Below the pieces are notes generated by a model. It worked only from the letters and a program-made list of their open reading frames with translations, did not search any database and was not told where the DNA came from. 64,000 bases of DNA from an uncultured Gammaproteobacteria bacterium (GTDB lineage: Bacteria; Pseudomonadota; Gammaproteobacteria; Steroidobacterales; Steroidobacteraceae): assembly GCA_963707765.1 (NCBI GenBank), contig CAVPQZ010000001.1:1346689-1410688 (forward strand), read 5' to 3'. Below are positions 19,314 to 28,134 of this stretch, one piece after another; position 1 is the stretch's first letter, and each line of letters begins with the position of its first letter. A program made the position numbers and the translations under genes.

Positions 19314-19484
19314 GTTGCGCCGTCTCGCATGGAGGACGCGCTCGACGTAGGAGAGTAACCATTTCCTGGGGTGTGCGATGCAACTAAAGATGACTGATCA
19401 AGACCGAAACTGCGGCCGGCCCGCGTGCCGTCGCCTGGTTTATAGTCGAGATCTCGGCGCCACGGATGCAAGGAGGGAGAGCCA

Positions 19485-19796
19485 ATGGACCTAAAGGCAA
19501 TTCGCGACCACCTATGCTTGGCCCGCTTGGCACTCGGCCCGGAGCAGCCGTTGTCGGTACGCATCAGGATGGTTGAGCGGAATCTGACGCCTGGCGATCC
19601 CTTGTGGCGCAACGACGCTATCAGCGCGCAAACTGATCTGCTCGCGATATCAACTGAGCTTGAGCAGCTGCCTAAGGTGATACCGCCGCGCGTTGGGTCG
19701 GGCGCGGAGGGAATCACCGAACGTGCTCAGGCTGAAGTTCCACCTGGTGTGAACGAAGCAATCAAACAGATCGGAGACGCGATTGAGTTGCTCTAA
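19485..19796 (+). CDS. hypothetical protein
   Basis: AAGGAGGGAG RBS and a 103-aa ORF. No family recognised. Confidence 0.35.
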   Translation: MDLKAIRDHLCLARLALGPEQPLSVRIRMVERNLTPGDPLWRNDAISAQTDLLAISTELEQLPKVIPPRVGSGAEGITERAQAEVPPGVNEAIKQIGDAIELL

Positions 19797-20212
19797 CGTT
19801 GCCAAGGTGTGCAATAGGGCGAGTAACTGGATCCGAGGGGGAGCAACGCACAATGAGAGTGGTCCATTCTGCGTGCTGGCGGCCGGTCAATAGCAGTCCG
19901 CCGGGCCGAAAACAGCTTAGCGGTTCCCGCCGATCAAAGACTTACGACGCATGTGCGAAGCGAGAAGAAGCGAAACGCAGATGCGCCAGCACCCGGAATG
20001 GACCGCTCTCCAATAAGTGTCCACTCCACAAGGAAAGAGGTGCCCCCGCCGCGCCGGTGTCCGTGCGCGGACGAACAGAACGCCGGACCATTTGGGGCTA
20101 GGCTCTCGTCAAGTCGTCGGCCTATCCCGGCGACGATTGGCGAGGGGTCGAATTACGAGGGCCTCTTCGCGGTCATCATCCCAACAAACCTTAAGAGACC
20201 CAGGAACAAACC

Positions 20213-20443
20213 ATGGAAACGAAAATTACGGCTGCTGAACATCATACGTCGGCCGCCAAGCACCACGAGTCGGCCGCCAAGCATCATCGCGAAGCGGCCA
20301 AGGCGCTCGATGCCGGCAAGCCGGAGCAGGCGGCCACTCACGCTGAGGCGGCACACGGCCATCTTGCGCACGCCACGGAGTGCGCGGCCCACGTGAGCAA
20401 GATTCAAGCAACGAAGCACGATGGAGCCGCGAAGGCCGCATAA
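20213..20443 (+). CDS. small histidine/alanine-rich protein
   Basis: METKITAAEHHTSAAKHHESAAKHHREAAKALD..HAEAAHGHLAHATECAAH has repeated AxHH motifs. This resembles small His-rich proteins of soil proteobacteria (from memory). Confidence 0.5.
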   Translation: METKITAAEHHTSAAKHHESAAKHHREAAKALDAGKPEQAATHAEAAHGHLAHATECAAHVSKIQATKHDGAAKAA

Positions 20444-20584
20444 GGGGCCCCGTCGCCTGGGTCCGCGTCGGGCGAGACAACCGGCTGAAATGCTCCCTGT
20501 TCTCAGGGCGTTTCAGTGGTCTCGCCCGATTCGCGGATGCCGGTAGCCGGCAAGGGGAATCTGCAATCGACGAGAAAAAACCAC

Positions 20585-20980
20585 ATGAACAGCTCGACAC
20601 CAGCCCGCGATCAAGAGTTTATTTCAGGTCAACGGCAAAAGCTCGTTGACGATCGCATCAGAATCACGAGTGCAATCGATCGCGGCGAGAACGAAAACCG
20701 CCTGACCGACCTGGCGGCACAGGGCCAGGCCGCCGAATCGGAGGATCGGGCGCAGGATCGGACCAATACGGAAAATAATCGGACGCTGATCGCTTCTCTG
20801 GCGCAACAGCGGCGCGCGATCGACCGTGCCCTCGCCAAGATTGACGAAGGCACCTACGGATTCTCCGATGTCTGCGGTCTACCGATACCGCTGGCTCGGC
20901 TTCTGGCATTGCCAGAAGCAGTTCGAACGACCGAGGAGGAAGCCGCTCATTGGCAGGACGAACAGCTGAATGACGGGTGA
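20585..20980 (+). CDS. DksA/TraR-family protein with degenerate (Cys-depleted) zinc finger
   Basis: The C-terminal pattern ALAKIDEGTYGFSDVCGLPIPLARLLALPEAVRT aligns to GTYGxCxxCGxxIxxxRLxAxPxAxxC, but only 1 of the 4 Cys is retained. Confidence 0.6.
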   Translation: MNSSTPARDQEFISGQRQKLVDDRIRITSAIDRGENENRLTDLAAQGQAAESEDRAQDRTNTENNRTLIASLAQQRRAIDRALAKIDEGTYGFSDVCGLPIPLARLLALPEAVRTTEEEAAHWQDEQLNDG

Positions 20981-21099
20981 TCGACCGTCTCCACAGTAAA
21001 GGCTTGGGACGCATGATTAGTTGCCGCCCGTCTCCCAGCCGGCTACCGGGGATGGCCTGGGTCGCCTCTGCGACCTGAAGCCATCCGTCCCCATCCGAG

Positions 21100-21885
21100 C
21101 TAGGCGACTGCGCGATCTCGCTGGTCCTGCCAATACCCACTGCGGCCGTAGTGCTTGTAAATCCGAAGCTCCGCATCTCGATCGAGAAGCGCGCGTTCAT
21201 CATATGCCGGAGCGTCTTTGATCGCTTGCCGATCAAGATCGATCGTGACCGTCGATTTCAACCAGCTCACGTCTTGGATCCATTCGGGAGAGATCAGTAC
21301 TTGGTGCCCGCCCCACCAGTTGCTGGTGTTCACGATCAGATACCGAACGGACCAACGGTAATCGTCGACCAAAAAGCCCGTCACATGGCCAATTTCGCCG
21401 TCGCGGGCATGAATGTGATAGCCGATGACCGCGTTACAGCTGCGCAGGTGCGCGTCTTCCCTTGGGCCAGCCGACGGCGCTCGTAGATAGCCACGAAAGT
21501 CACTGGGCTCCATGCCGGTTAGCATCGTCCGGGGATAGTTGCCTTCACCCCAGACCCCGGTTCCGCCCCAATAATTGGGATAACCGTAGTAACCCAGGTA
21601 GCTACTCTCGCACTGTCGCGATATGGGCTTGTCGGTGTCGATGCCTGGACTGTTCTTGACCTGTTCTTTGGTAATGGTGACAGGGAGTGTGTTTCCCGCC
21701 CAGTCTGCCTGACCGATCGAGTAAGGCGAAAGCAGCACTTCACGGCCGAGCCATGGGCTCGTGTTGACGACCGCGTAGCGAACGACCCACGCCTCATCAT
21801 CAAAATAGAAGTTTTTTACCTTACCGATTGTTCCGTCGGTGGCCCCGATCGAAAACCCTTCCAAACTCTTCACGCTACGTAGCAT
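21100..21885 (-). CDS. PRC-barrel domain protein (two PRC barrels)
   Basis: LEGFSIGATDGTIGKVKNFYFDDEAWVVRYAVVNT and IGYHIHARDGEIGHVTGFLVDDYRWSVRYLIVNT. Confidence 0.85.
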   Translation of the reverse strand: MLRSVKSLEGFSIGATDGTIGKVKNFYFDDEAWVVRYAVVNTSPWLGREVLLSPYSIGQADWAGNTLPVTITKEQVKNSPGIDTDKPISRQCESSYLGYYGYPNYWGGTGVWGEGNYPRTMLTGMEPSDFRGYLRAPSAGPREDAHLRSCNAVIGYHIHARDGEIGHVTGFLVDDYRWSVRYLIVNTSNWWGGHQVLISPEWIQDVSWLKSTVTIDLDRQAIKDAPAYDERALLDRDAELRIYKHYGRSGYWQDQRDRAVA

Positions 21886-22589
21886 TGTCAGATCTCCTCA
21901 TGTGAATCCATTGCGGATCGGCTGCCACGGTAAGGCGTCTACTTAGGTTCGTCCGTTCGCTGACACACAGCGGCTACGCAAAGGCGTCCAGCAGTTTCGG
22001 CGGCCGAAAGCCGCCCGACCCGTTGCAACGAGCCGCTTTTGGGGTTGGCCTCCTCGATCAAATATGCCGCTTTCTTACACGGGCCGGGTCTTGACGCATC
22101 CAATTTCGGGCGGTCTCTTTGCCCATCCAATCATTATTGCTGGCCATGGCGCGCGCGGCGACGTTTGGTGATGACTCGTATTGCGCAAATTTGCGGCTGA
22201 ATGAATCAAGGCGACGGCTCCTAAAGACGGCGGCGATGCTAGTGTGTAAATCCATAGCGAGAATTTTACGCTCGCCCGCCACTTCGGTCTGTGCGGTATC
22301 AGACGCCGGCGTCATTCTCGGGGCGACGCTAAGGCGGCGGGCCGGATGAATTTGAGCGACCCGTAGGCGATACATATCGAAGAGTCTTCATCAACAATGC
22401 CGACGTGACATTCGATCATGAAAAGATTCCCGCGTTTGTGCGGGTCCGAACGTAGTCGCGGTGGAACCTACTTAGACGAGTCTGTGATTGGAGTTCGGCA
22501 TTAACGCAAGCGGGTGTCCGATAGGTATCCGCCCATTCCGGGCACCTTCGGACGGCTGATAGAGCCGTCTGTGTGGGTGACCGCACAGA

Positions 22590-23951
22590 GATCGTGTCCC
22601 GGTTAGTGGTGTAAGAGCGGGCCGGTGATGGCGGTCATCGTGAGACTTGGTAAGGTTGAGTTACCACACTTAACATTGCCGAGGATCCCGACGATGACCA
22701 CCAAGCCAACTATGTCACTGGCCGAGCTTGCCGAGAAGGGTGCTGATACAGATTTGCTGCGTGAGATGATCCAGTTTGTCGCCCAGCGGATGATGGAGAT
22801 GGACGCTGAGAGTCTGTGCGCCGCGGCGTACGGGGAGAGAAGCCCGGATCGGGCTAATAGCCGCAACGGTTACCGGGAACGGCTGTGGGAGACGCGCTCC
22901 GGGAGCGTGGATTTGAAGATCCCGAAGCTACGTAAAGGCAGCTATTTTCCTGGTTTTTTGGAGCCGCGACGAACCGCCGAGAAGGCGCTCGCGGCCGTGA
23001 TTCAGGAAGCGTATATCCAAGGCGTCTCAACCCGCTCAGTCGATGAGCTGGTCAAGGCGATGGGCATGGGCGGCATCAGCAAGAGCCAGGTGTCGCGGCT
23101 GTGCGGGGAAATCGACGAGCGAGTGCATGCGTTCCTGGATCGTCCGATCGAAGGGGACTGGCCATATCTGTGGATTGACGCGACCTACGTGAAGGTGCGG
23201 GAGGCCGGCCGGATCGTCTCGGTGGCGGTAATAATCGCCATCGCCGTGAACACCGATGGCGTACGGGAAGTGCTGGGAATGAGCGTCGGACCCTCCGAAG
23301 CGGAGCCCTTCTGGACGAATTTCCTGCGTTCTCTGACGCGCCGAGGTCTGCGTGGCGTCAAGCTGGTGATTTCCGACGCCCACGAAGGCTTAAAAGCCGC
23401 TGCCGCCAAGGTTTTGAAGTCCACTTGGCAGCGCTGCCGCGTCCATTTCATCCGCAATGCCCTGGCGCATGCCGGAAAAGGCCAACGTCAGATGGTTCTG
23501 GCCATGATCAACACCGTTTTCGCCCAGGATACGCAGGAAGCGGCGGTCGCGCAGTGGCGTACGGTCGCGGATCAGCTGCGGGCGAAGTTCCCGAAGCTTT
23601 CCGGCTTGATGGATAAATCTGAGCCGGACGTGTTGTCCTTCCTGAGCTTTCCGAAGGCCCATCGCACGCAGATCCACAGCACCAATCCGCTCGAAAGGCT
23701 CAATGCCGAGGTCAAGCGGCGTACCGATGTCGTGGGCATCTTCCCGAACGAGGCCTCGATCACGCGGCTGGTCGGTGCGCTACTGCTCGAACAGAACGAC
23801 GAATGGCAGCTACAACGCCGATACATGCAACTTGAAGGCTTGCAGACTCTCAGCGACAATCAAACCGCTCGGTTGTCTGCAGTCGTCAACTGAGCATGAG
23901 TTCAATCGAGCCAAGACTCACGACTCATACACCACGCCCTGGGGCACGATC
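22590..23951 (+). mobile_element. IS256-family insertion sequence (1.36 kb), apparently intact
   Basis: Imperfect 28-bp terminal IRs: GATCGTGTCCCGGTTAGTGGTGTAAGAG at the left, and the reverse complement of CTCATACACCACGCCCTGGGGCACGATC at the right (22/28 match). The element is flanked by the direct repeat (C)CGCACAGA at 22582-22589 and 23952-23959. Confidence 0.9.
22694..23893 (+). CDS. IS256 family (Mutator-type) transposase
   Basis: Hallmarks: [76 protein letters not shown] and [16 protein letters not shown]. Confidence 0.95.
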   Translation: MTTKPTMSLAELAEKGADTDLLREMIQFVAQRMMEMDAESLCAAAYGERSPDRANSRNGYRERLWETRSGSVDLKIPKLRKGSYFPGFLEPRRTAEKALAAVIQEAYIQGVSTRSVDELVKAMGMGGISKSQVSRLCGEIDERVHAFLDRPIEGDWPYLWIDATYVKVREAGRIVSVAVIIAIAVNTDGVREVLGMSVGPSEAEPFWTNFLRSLTRRGLRGVKLVISDAHEGLKAAAAKVLKSTWQRCRVHFIRNALAHAGKGQRQMVLAMINTVFAQDTQEAAVAQWRTVADQLRAKFPKLSGLMDKSEPDVLSFLSFPKAHRTQIHSTNPLERLNAEVKRRTDVVGIFPNEASITRLVGALLLEQNDEWQLQRRYMQLEGLQTLSDNQTARLSAVVN

Positions 23952-24129
23952 CGCACAGATCGAAGTCCAGAGGGAACCTAGGCTATCGTTGCGTGAACGA
24001 CGGGTTAACCGTGATTGCGGCGCTATTACATCCCGATGTACTCGTGTTGTTTTGGCGACGCCCATCAGGATCCACCGCCGTAACCGGGCGCGCCGGCCGC
24101 TTGCCGATATCCATCATTAGGACTAGATC

Positions 24130-24315
24130 ATGAACATCAACAAAGACCAAGTTAAGGGCCGCGTCGAAGAGGCGACAGGTTCCGTCAAGGAAGCCACGGA
24201 AAAGCTCGTGGGCAACCCGACGCTGGAGGCAAAGGGCAACATACAAAAGAACCTTGGTAAGGTTCAATCGAAGTTGGGTGACCTCAAGGAGGACTTCAAA
24301 GAGCCCAAGAAATAG
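24130..24315 (+). CDS. CsbD family stress protein
   Basis: MNINKDQVKGRVEEATGSVKEATEKLVGNPTLEAKGNIQKNLGKVQ. Confidence 0.85.
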   Translation: MNINKDQVKGRVEEATGSVKEATEKLVGNPTLEAKGNIQKNLGKVQSKLGDLKEDFKEPKK

Positions 24316-24557
24316 CGCGATCCGCGTCGACCCATCTCGAGCGGTCAGGAGTATCACCCGGCCGCAAGCGAATTTGCGCTCCGCCTCTGACGTATGTTGC
24401 CTTCCGCTTCGCTTAACAGCGTCTCGGGGTCATCGTGGATCGCTACTCCTTCGATGTGAGACTCTTCCATTCTCTCCTTCTCGCCGGTTTATCCCTGCGT
24501 ACTAAGCGGCTGGGGAAGACACCCTTTTGCTAAACCTGGCAGCTGACTGGAGGTGCG

Positions 24558-24980
24558 TTATTGCGCCCACGGATCATAGGTCCCAAAGTCCCAGTCATTG
24601 CCTTCTGGATCGCGTGCGTTGTAGCTGCGTCCTGGATATCCCTCATTCGCGTGCGGCTCGGTTACGATGTCGGCACCGGCTGCCTTTGCCTGTTGGAAGT
24701 GGGCATCTGGATCATCGATTACGCAGCAGACGCAGGCGGTGATACCGCCGGCTTCGGACGGGGTGCGCCAGCGATAGCGTTCGGCGGCGGGGCCAGGGCT
24801 GGCCGAACTCAACATCACCAAACTGTTGCCAAGCCGAAGCTGGGCATGGTGGATTAGCGACGGGTCCGCCTCGTCGGCATATACGGCGTGACGTTCGAAC
24901 CCAAATGCGACGCAAAGGAACTCTATCGCCGCGAGTGCATCGGTGTAGCGCAGGCAAGGGATGACGGATTGCTGGGACAT
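24558..24980 (-). CDS. VOC (glyoxalase/bleomycin-resistance) family protein
   Basis: Internal ATG. MSQQSVIPCLRYTDALAAIEFLCVAFGFE..GYPGRSYNARDPEGNDWDFGTYDPW is a typical PhnB-like VOC pattern. Confidence 0.8.
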   Translation of the reverse strand: MSQQSVIPCLRYTDALAAIEFLCVAFGFERHAVYADEADPSLIHHAQLRLGNSLVMLSSASPGPAAERYRWRTPSEAGGITACVCCVIDDPDAHFQQAKAAGADIVTEPHANEGYPGRSYNARDPEGNDWDFGTYDPWAQ

Positions 24981-25220
24981 TGCGGATTCCCTATAAATTC
25001 TCGGCTGAGGCATTTTGACTAGTGGCTGAGCGTTGTAGGCTGCCGGCGGTCCGGAAGCAACTCTGCAAGTCGGCTGAGGTGGGCATGCGGATTGTTTTCG
25101 GGGCAGGGCCGTCACCATCTATTTGGGTACATCGCCAACCATCCATGGTACCGACATTGGGACACTCCCTTCGGTTCACTGCGCATTATTTGACATAATA
25201 TACATTATGCGAAGTGAGAG

Positions 25221-25243
25221 GGCGATGTTACACTTGACATACC
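25221..25243 (+). repeat. left terminal inverted repeat of the IS1595-family element
   Basis: GGCGATGTTACACTTGACATACC. Confidence 0.85.
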
Positions 25244-25284
25244 TAGGCTCCTAGCCTAGAATTCAGGCCATAGGAGATTCCGCC

Positions 25285-26196
25285 ATGGCCCAATCCGTAC
25301 TGAACGCCCCCCATTTCCAAAACGAAGCCGCTGCCTTCGCCTACGTCGAAGCGCATCTCTGGCCGAATGGTCCTGTTTGCCCGTTCTGCGGCTCTGGGGA
25401 TCGCGTAGGCCGGTTGAACGGCAAGACCACCCGTGTGGGCCTCTGCAAGTGCTACAGCTGCAAAAAGCCGTTCACTGTGCGTATGGGAACCATCTTCGAG
25501 GACAGCCATCTGGGGCTGCACCTGTGGCTCCAAGTGATTCACCTTATGTGCGCCAGCAAGAAAGGCATCAGCACCCGGCAAGTTCAGCGCATGCTGGATT
25601 GCAGCATGAAAACCGCGTGGTTCCTGACTCACCGTATCCGTGAAGCTATGAAGGACACTGGCGGCATGATTGGCGGGTTCGGCAAGACTGTCGAAGCCGA
25701 CGAAACCTATCTGTCGAAGTCTCCCAAGACCCGCAAGCCGACTGGAAGCGCCCTGAACGCCAAGCCCGCGCCGATGGTCTTCGCTTTGGTCGAGCGCGGC
25801 GGCAACATCCGTTCCATGTACCTGGACCATCGCAACGTGCGCCGCGCCATTGATGTTCATTTGCATATGGACAGCCGCTTGGTCACCGATGGCGCGCAGG
25901 CTTACAAGTTCGTGATGCCGACCCAGGATCAGCACGAATCGGTCGATCACTCCAAGTACGAATGGGTGCGCGGCGATGTTCACACCAACACCCTTGAAGG
26001 CTATTTCAGCATCTTCAAGCGCGGTCTGGTCGGCGTCTATCAGCACATGGACAAGAAGCACCTTCACCGGTACCTGTCCGAATTCGATTTCCGCATGAAT
26101 ACCCGCGTCAAGCTTGGCTTCAATGACGTACAGCGCGCTGAAATCGCACTCAAGGGCTTCGCGGGCAAGCGATTGACCTACGAAACGACTCATTAA
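25285..26196 (+). CDS. IS1595 family transposase
   Basis: N-terminal zinc ribbon (CPFCGSGDRVGRL..CKCYSCKKPFTV), an HTH (ISTRQVQRML), and catalytic blocks VEADETYL, LVTDGAQAYK and HTNTLEGYFSIFKRGLVGVYQH. Confidence 0.9.
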   Translation: MAQSVLNAPHFQNEAAAFAYVEAHLWPNGPVCPFCGSGDRVGRLNGKTTRVGLCKCYSCKKPFTVRMGTIFEDSHLGLHLWLQVIHLMCASKKGISTRQVQRMLDCSMKTAWFLTHRIREAMKDTGGMIGGFGKTVEADETYLSKSPKTRKPTGSALNAKPAPMVFALVERGGNIRSMYLDHRNVRRAIDVHLHMDSRLVTDGAQAYKFVMPTQDQHESVDHSKYEWVRGDVHTNTLEGYFSIFKRGLVGVYQHMDKKHLHRYLSEFDFRMNTRVKLGFNDVQRAEIALKGFAGKRLTYETTH

Positions 26197-26275
26197 AGGC
26201 AAGAAGCTAGCAATCATCGAACAGTTGGTATTCCATTGGCTTAAACGCGGAAATGCTGGCAAGAGAAAATAAAAA

Positions 26276-27079
26276 ATGTGGCGCCTCTTAGTGTGGTTTA
26301 AAGAGCAGAGGCGCCAGCCCGCTCTCAAAAAGCAGAACTCCAATCCCTATAGCAAACAGTGGAAACGCCAACAGTACAAAGACTACATGCAAATAGTCGC
26401 TGCGCTTGACGGCATTTCCAACCAACTTAACGCTACAAATCAACGAAGCGATTCCAACGAACGAAAGAAGCGATTTCGGGAATGGCTTACTATATGGCTC
26501 GTATTCGGCACACTTCTCGCCTCGTTCGCAGCCGATGTTGTGTTCTATCGCCAAATGAGCGAAATGCGAAACGCCAGGGATGATGGCCAATATGCTCTGA
26601 TTCAGTCGCAGCGAGCGTGGATGTCCTTCGCCAGCTTGACTGCAGACATATTTTTGGATCCGGGCCGAGTTCCCATGGGCGCTCAGGCGGTCTTTGAGTT
26701 TAGAAACGACGGCAATACTCCGGCTTTCCATGTGAGTTGCCACACGGGTAAAGGGCATACAATTGCCGAACTTGAAGCACAATCCAAAACCTCGGCTGTG
26801 CAACAGGTTTCGATCGGACCTCATGAGCCGTTGAAATGCATATATATACCCATCGATTTGCAGGAGGTGATTGACGCTTGGGAAAGGAAAGTGCCGTTGT
26901 TCGTAATGAGTCGGATTGAATACAATGATGCCTTCCCCAATACCCCAAGAAGATTCATTGAAGTATGTAGTCCAGTTGAGGTGGTTAGTGATCCAACTAA
27001 GCCGCAAGAAGCTACGCATAGCAAAATTCTTATATTCATAGGAGCCGTTCATGGCCCCCCATGTAATGATGCCAATTAG
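26276..27079 (+). CDS. cargo ORF 1: single-pass membrane protein of unknown family
   Basis: One TM helix (WLTIWLVFGTLLASFAADVVFY) followed by a beta-rich-looking domain (QRAWMSFASL..AVFEFRNDGNTPAFHV..LFVMSRIEYNDAFPNTPRRFIEVCS). Composition is more protein-like than the antisense 311-aa ORF. The start is uncertain (ATG 26276 or 26387). Confidence 0.55.
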   Translation: MWRLLVWFKEQRRQPALKKQNSNPYSKQWKRQQYKDYMQIVAALDGISNQLNATNQRSDSNERKKRFREWLTIWLVFGTLLASFAADVVFYRQMSEMRNARDDGQYALIQSQRAWMSFASLTADIFLDPGRVPMGAQAVFEFRNDGNTPAFHVSCHTGKGHTIAELEAQSKTSAVQQVSIGPHEPLKCIYIPIDLQEVIDAWERKVPLFVMSRIEYNDAFPNTPRRFIEVCSPVEVVSDPTKPQEATHSKILIFIGAVHGPPCNDAN

Positions 27080-27092
27080 GAGAAGAGCGAAT

Positions 27093-27278
27093 ATGAGTGG
27101 TAACCGCAAACAATCTCGCAAAGATACGCCCCAGAAACAACACGCGCGCTTCCTCGAGGCGTCCCGCAAAGTCGAAGCGTCAGAAGATCCAAAGGATTTC
27201 GACAATGCATTTGGCAAGGTCACGGCTAAGCCTTCGGTTCCCCGTTCTCGTCCATCCGGGAAGCGATCTTCTGCATAA
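27093..27278 (+). CDS. cargo ORF 2: small basic protein (61 aa)
   Basis: AGGAG 7 nt upstream, 13 nt after ORF 1. MSGNRKQSRKDTPQKQHARFLEASRKVEASEDPKDFDNAFGKV... Its 3' end overlaps the convergent HEPN-like gene by 53 nt, which lowers confidence. Confidence 0.35.
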   Translation: MSGNRKQSRKDTPQKQHARFLEASRKVEASEDPKDFDNAFGKVTAKPSVPRSRPSGKRSSA

Positions 27279-28032
27279 GACCCTTGACCAATTCCAAGAT
27301 ATGAAGGGCTTCGGGCGCCGTGTACGTGGCACTCAGGTGCATAGTTTCATTGCGGTAGGGATTTTGCATTCCCACAATAGCCCCATAGAGTTTGTCAAAA
27401 AGATGGCCGTCACCGCTCATTCGGCCGGTGAATGACGGCCATCGCTTATCAATAGCTGTCTTTATAGATCCACTGACACTTGACCAATTTCGCTCTTTGC
27501 CAGTGGTCGGATCTGGAATACCAAGACATCGCGTTATTGCACGAATCCCTGCTTCCAACGCCCTGACAGAGTGAAATGCGCTGGCGGTGGTTAGGTCACA
27601 TGCGTAACACTTTCCCGATTGATCTATCTCATAAGCGATACCCGGAAATTTATTGGCAACCTCTATTCCCCACAGCGGTTCGCTGGGCGCATAAAAGTCC
27701 GCGCGATTGGCATCCAGGCAAAAAACCTTTCTAATGGTCAATTCGCGTCGCAATGTGTCAGATATGCTGAGCAATAAAACTCCAAATTGCCCAAATGTAA
27801 GCTTGCCCGGCTCGAGATGCTTTAGACATTCCATAGCCGCCATTGCCGTAATAGGAACGTGTAGCGGAGCAATCGCTTGAGCCATCTTAGTTAGGAGGTT
27901 TACAGCCCAATTGATTTGCTCGGTACCCATGGAGTCGGTCTGCGAAAAACTGGCATGGCCATCTATCCTTGAAAGCGTCAGCTGCAAGGTAGTTACCACT
28001 TCGTGATAGTTAGAAGCGTTCAGTTCGTACAT
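27226..28032 (-). CDS. cargo ORF 3: HEPN-like domain protein (RNxxxH motif)
   Basis: 268 aa. The C-terminal half shows helix 1 (CYACDLTTASAFHSVRALEAGIRAI) and NPYRNETMHLSATYTAPEALHILELVKGLMQKI, which fits the Rx4-6H HEPN signature. The N-terminal ~130 aa are helical with no recognised family. Confidence 0.6.
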   Translation of the reverse strand: MYELNASNYHEVVTTLQLTLSRIDGHASFSQTDSMGTEQINWAVNLLTKMAQAIAPLHVPITAMAAMECLKHLEPGKLTFGQFGVLLLSISDTLRRELTIRKVFCLDANRADFYAPSEPLWGIEVANKFPGIAYEIDQSGKCYACDLTTASAFHSVRALEAGIRAITRCLGIPDPTTGKERNWSSVSGSIKTAIDKRWPSFTGRMSGDGHLFDKLYGAIVGMQNPYRNETMHLSATYTAPEALHILELVKGLMQKIASRMDENGEPKA

Positions 28033-28134
28033 TTACCACAGGCTCCATAGCCGGCGGCAGTCAAATGACGAAATGTCCGGGCGAAAACCGTTGCCGGCAG
28101 AAACGGCGCTCACTTACCATACCCCTTGTTGGCG

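Noticed and set aside
21939-22375. Two overlapping minus-strand ORFs (105 and 63 aa) between the PRC-barrel gene and the IS256 copy.
   Set aside because: No RBS, motif or family was recognised. They may be remnants of a gene disrupted before the IS arrived, but I cannot support a call.
23973-24000. A possible shared ECF/general-stress promoter. GAACC-type -35-like elements occur upstream of csbD (GGAACCTAGG, 23973-23982), the PRC-barrel gene (reverse complement of 21941-21950, GAACCTAAGT), the YflT-like gene and the 24-aa ORF.
   Set aside because: The downstream -10 regions and the spacing differ between the four sites (CGTG at N14 vs N17, others unrelated). With four short hits in GC-rich DNA, chance cannot be excluded without a proper motif search.
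26288-27223. A 311-aa minus-strand ORF spanning the cargo region of the IS1595 element.
   Set aside because: Its composition is Ser/Leu/Arg/His/Cys-rich with no motif. The plus-strand frame has a clean TM helix, balanced charged residues and a following RBS-linked ORF. It is kept as an ambiguity inside the relevant finding rather than called.
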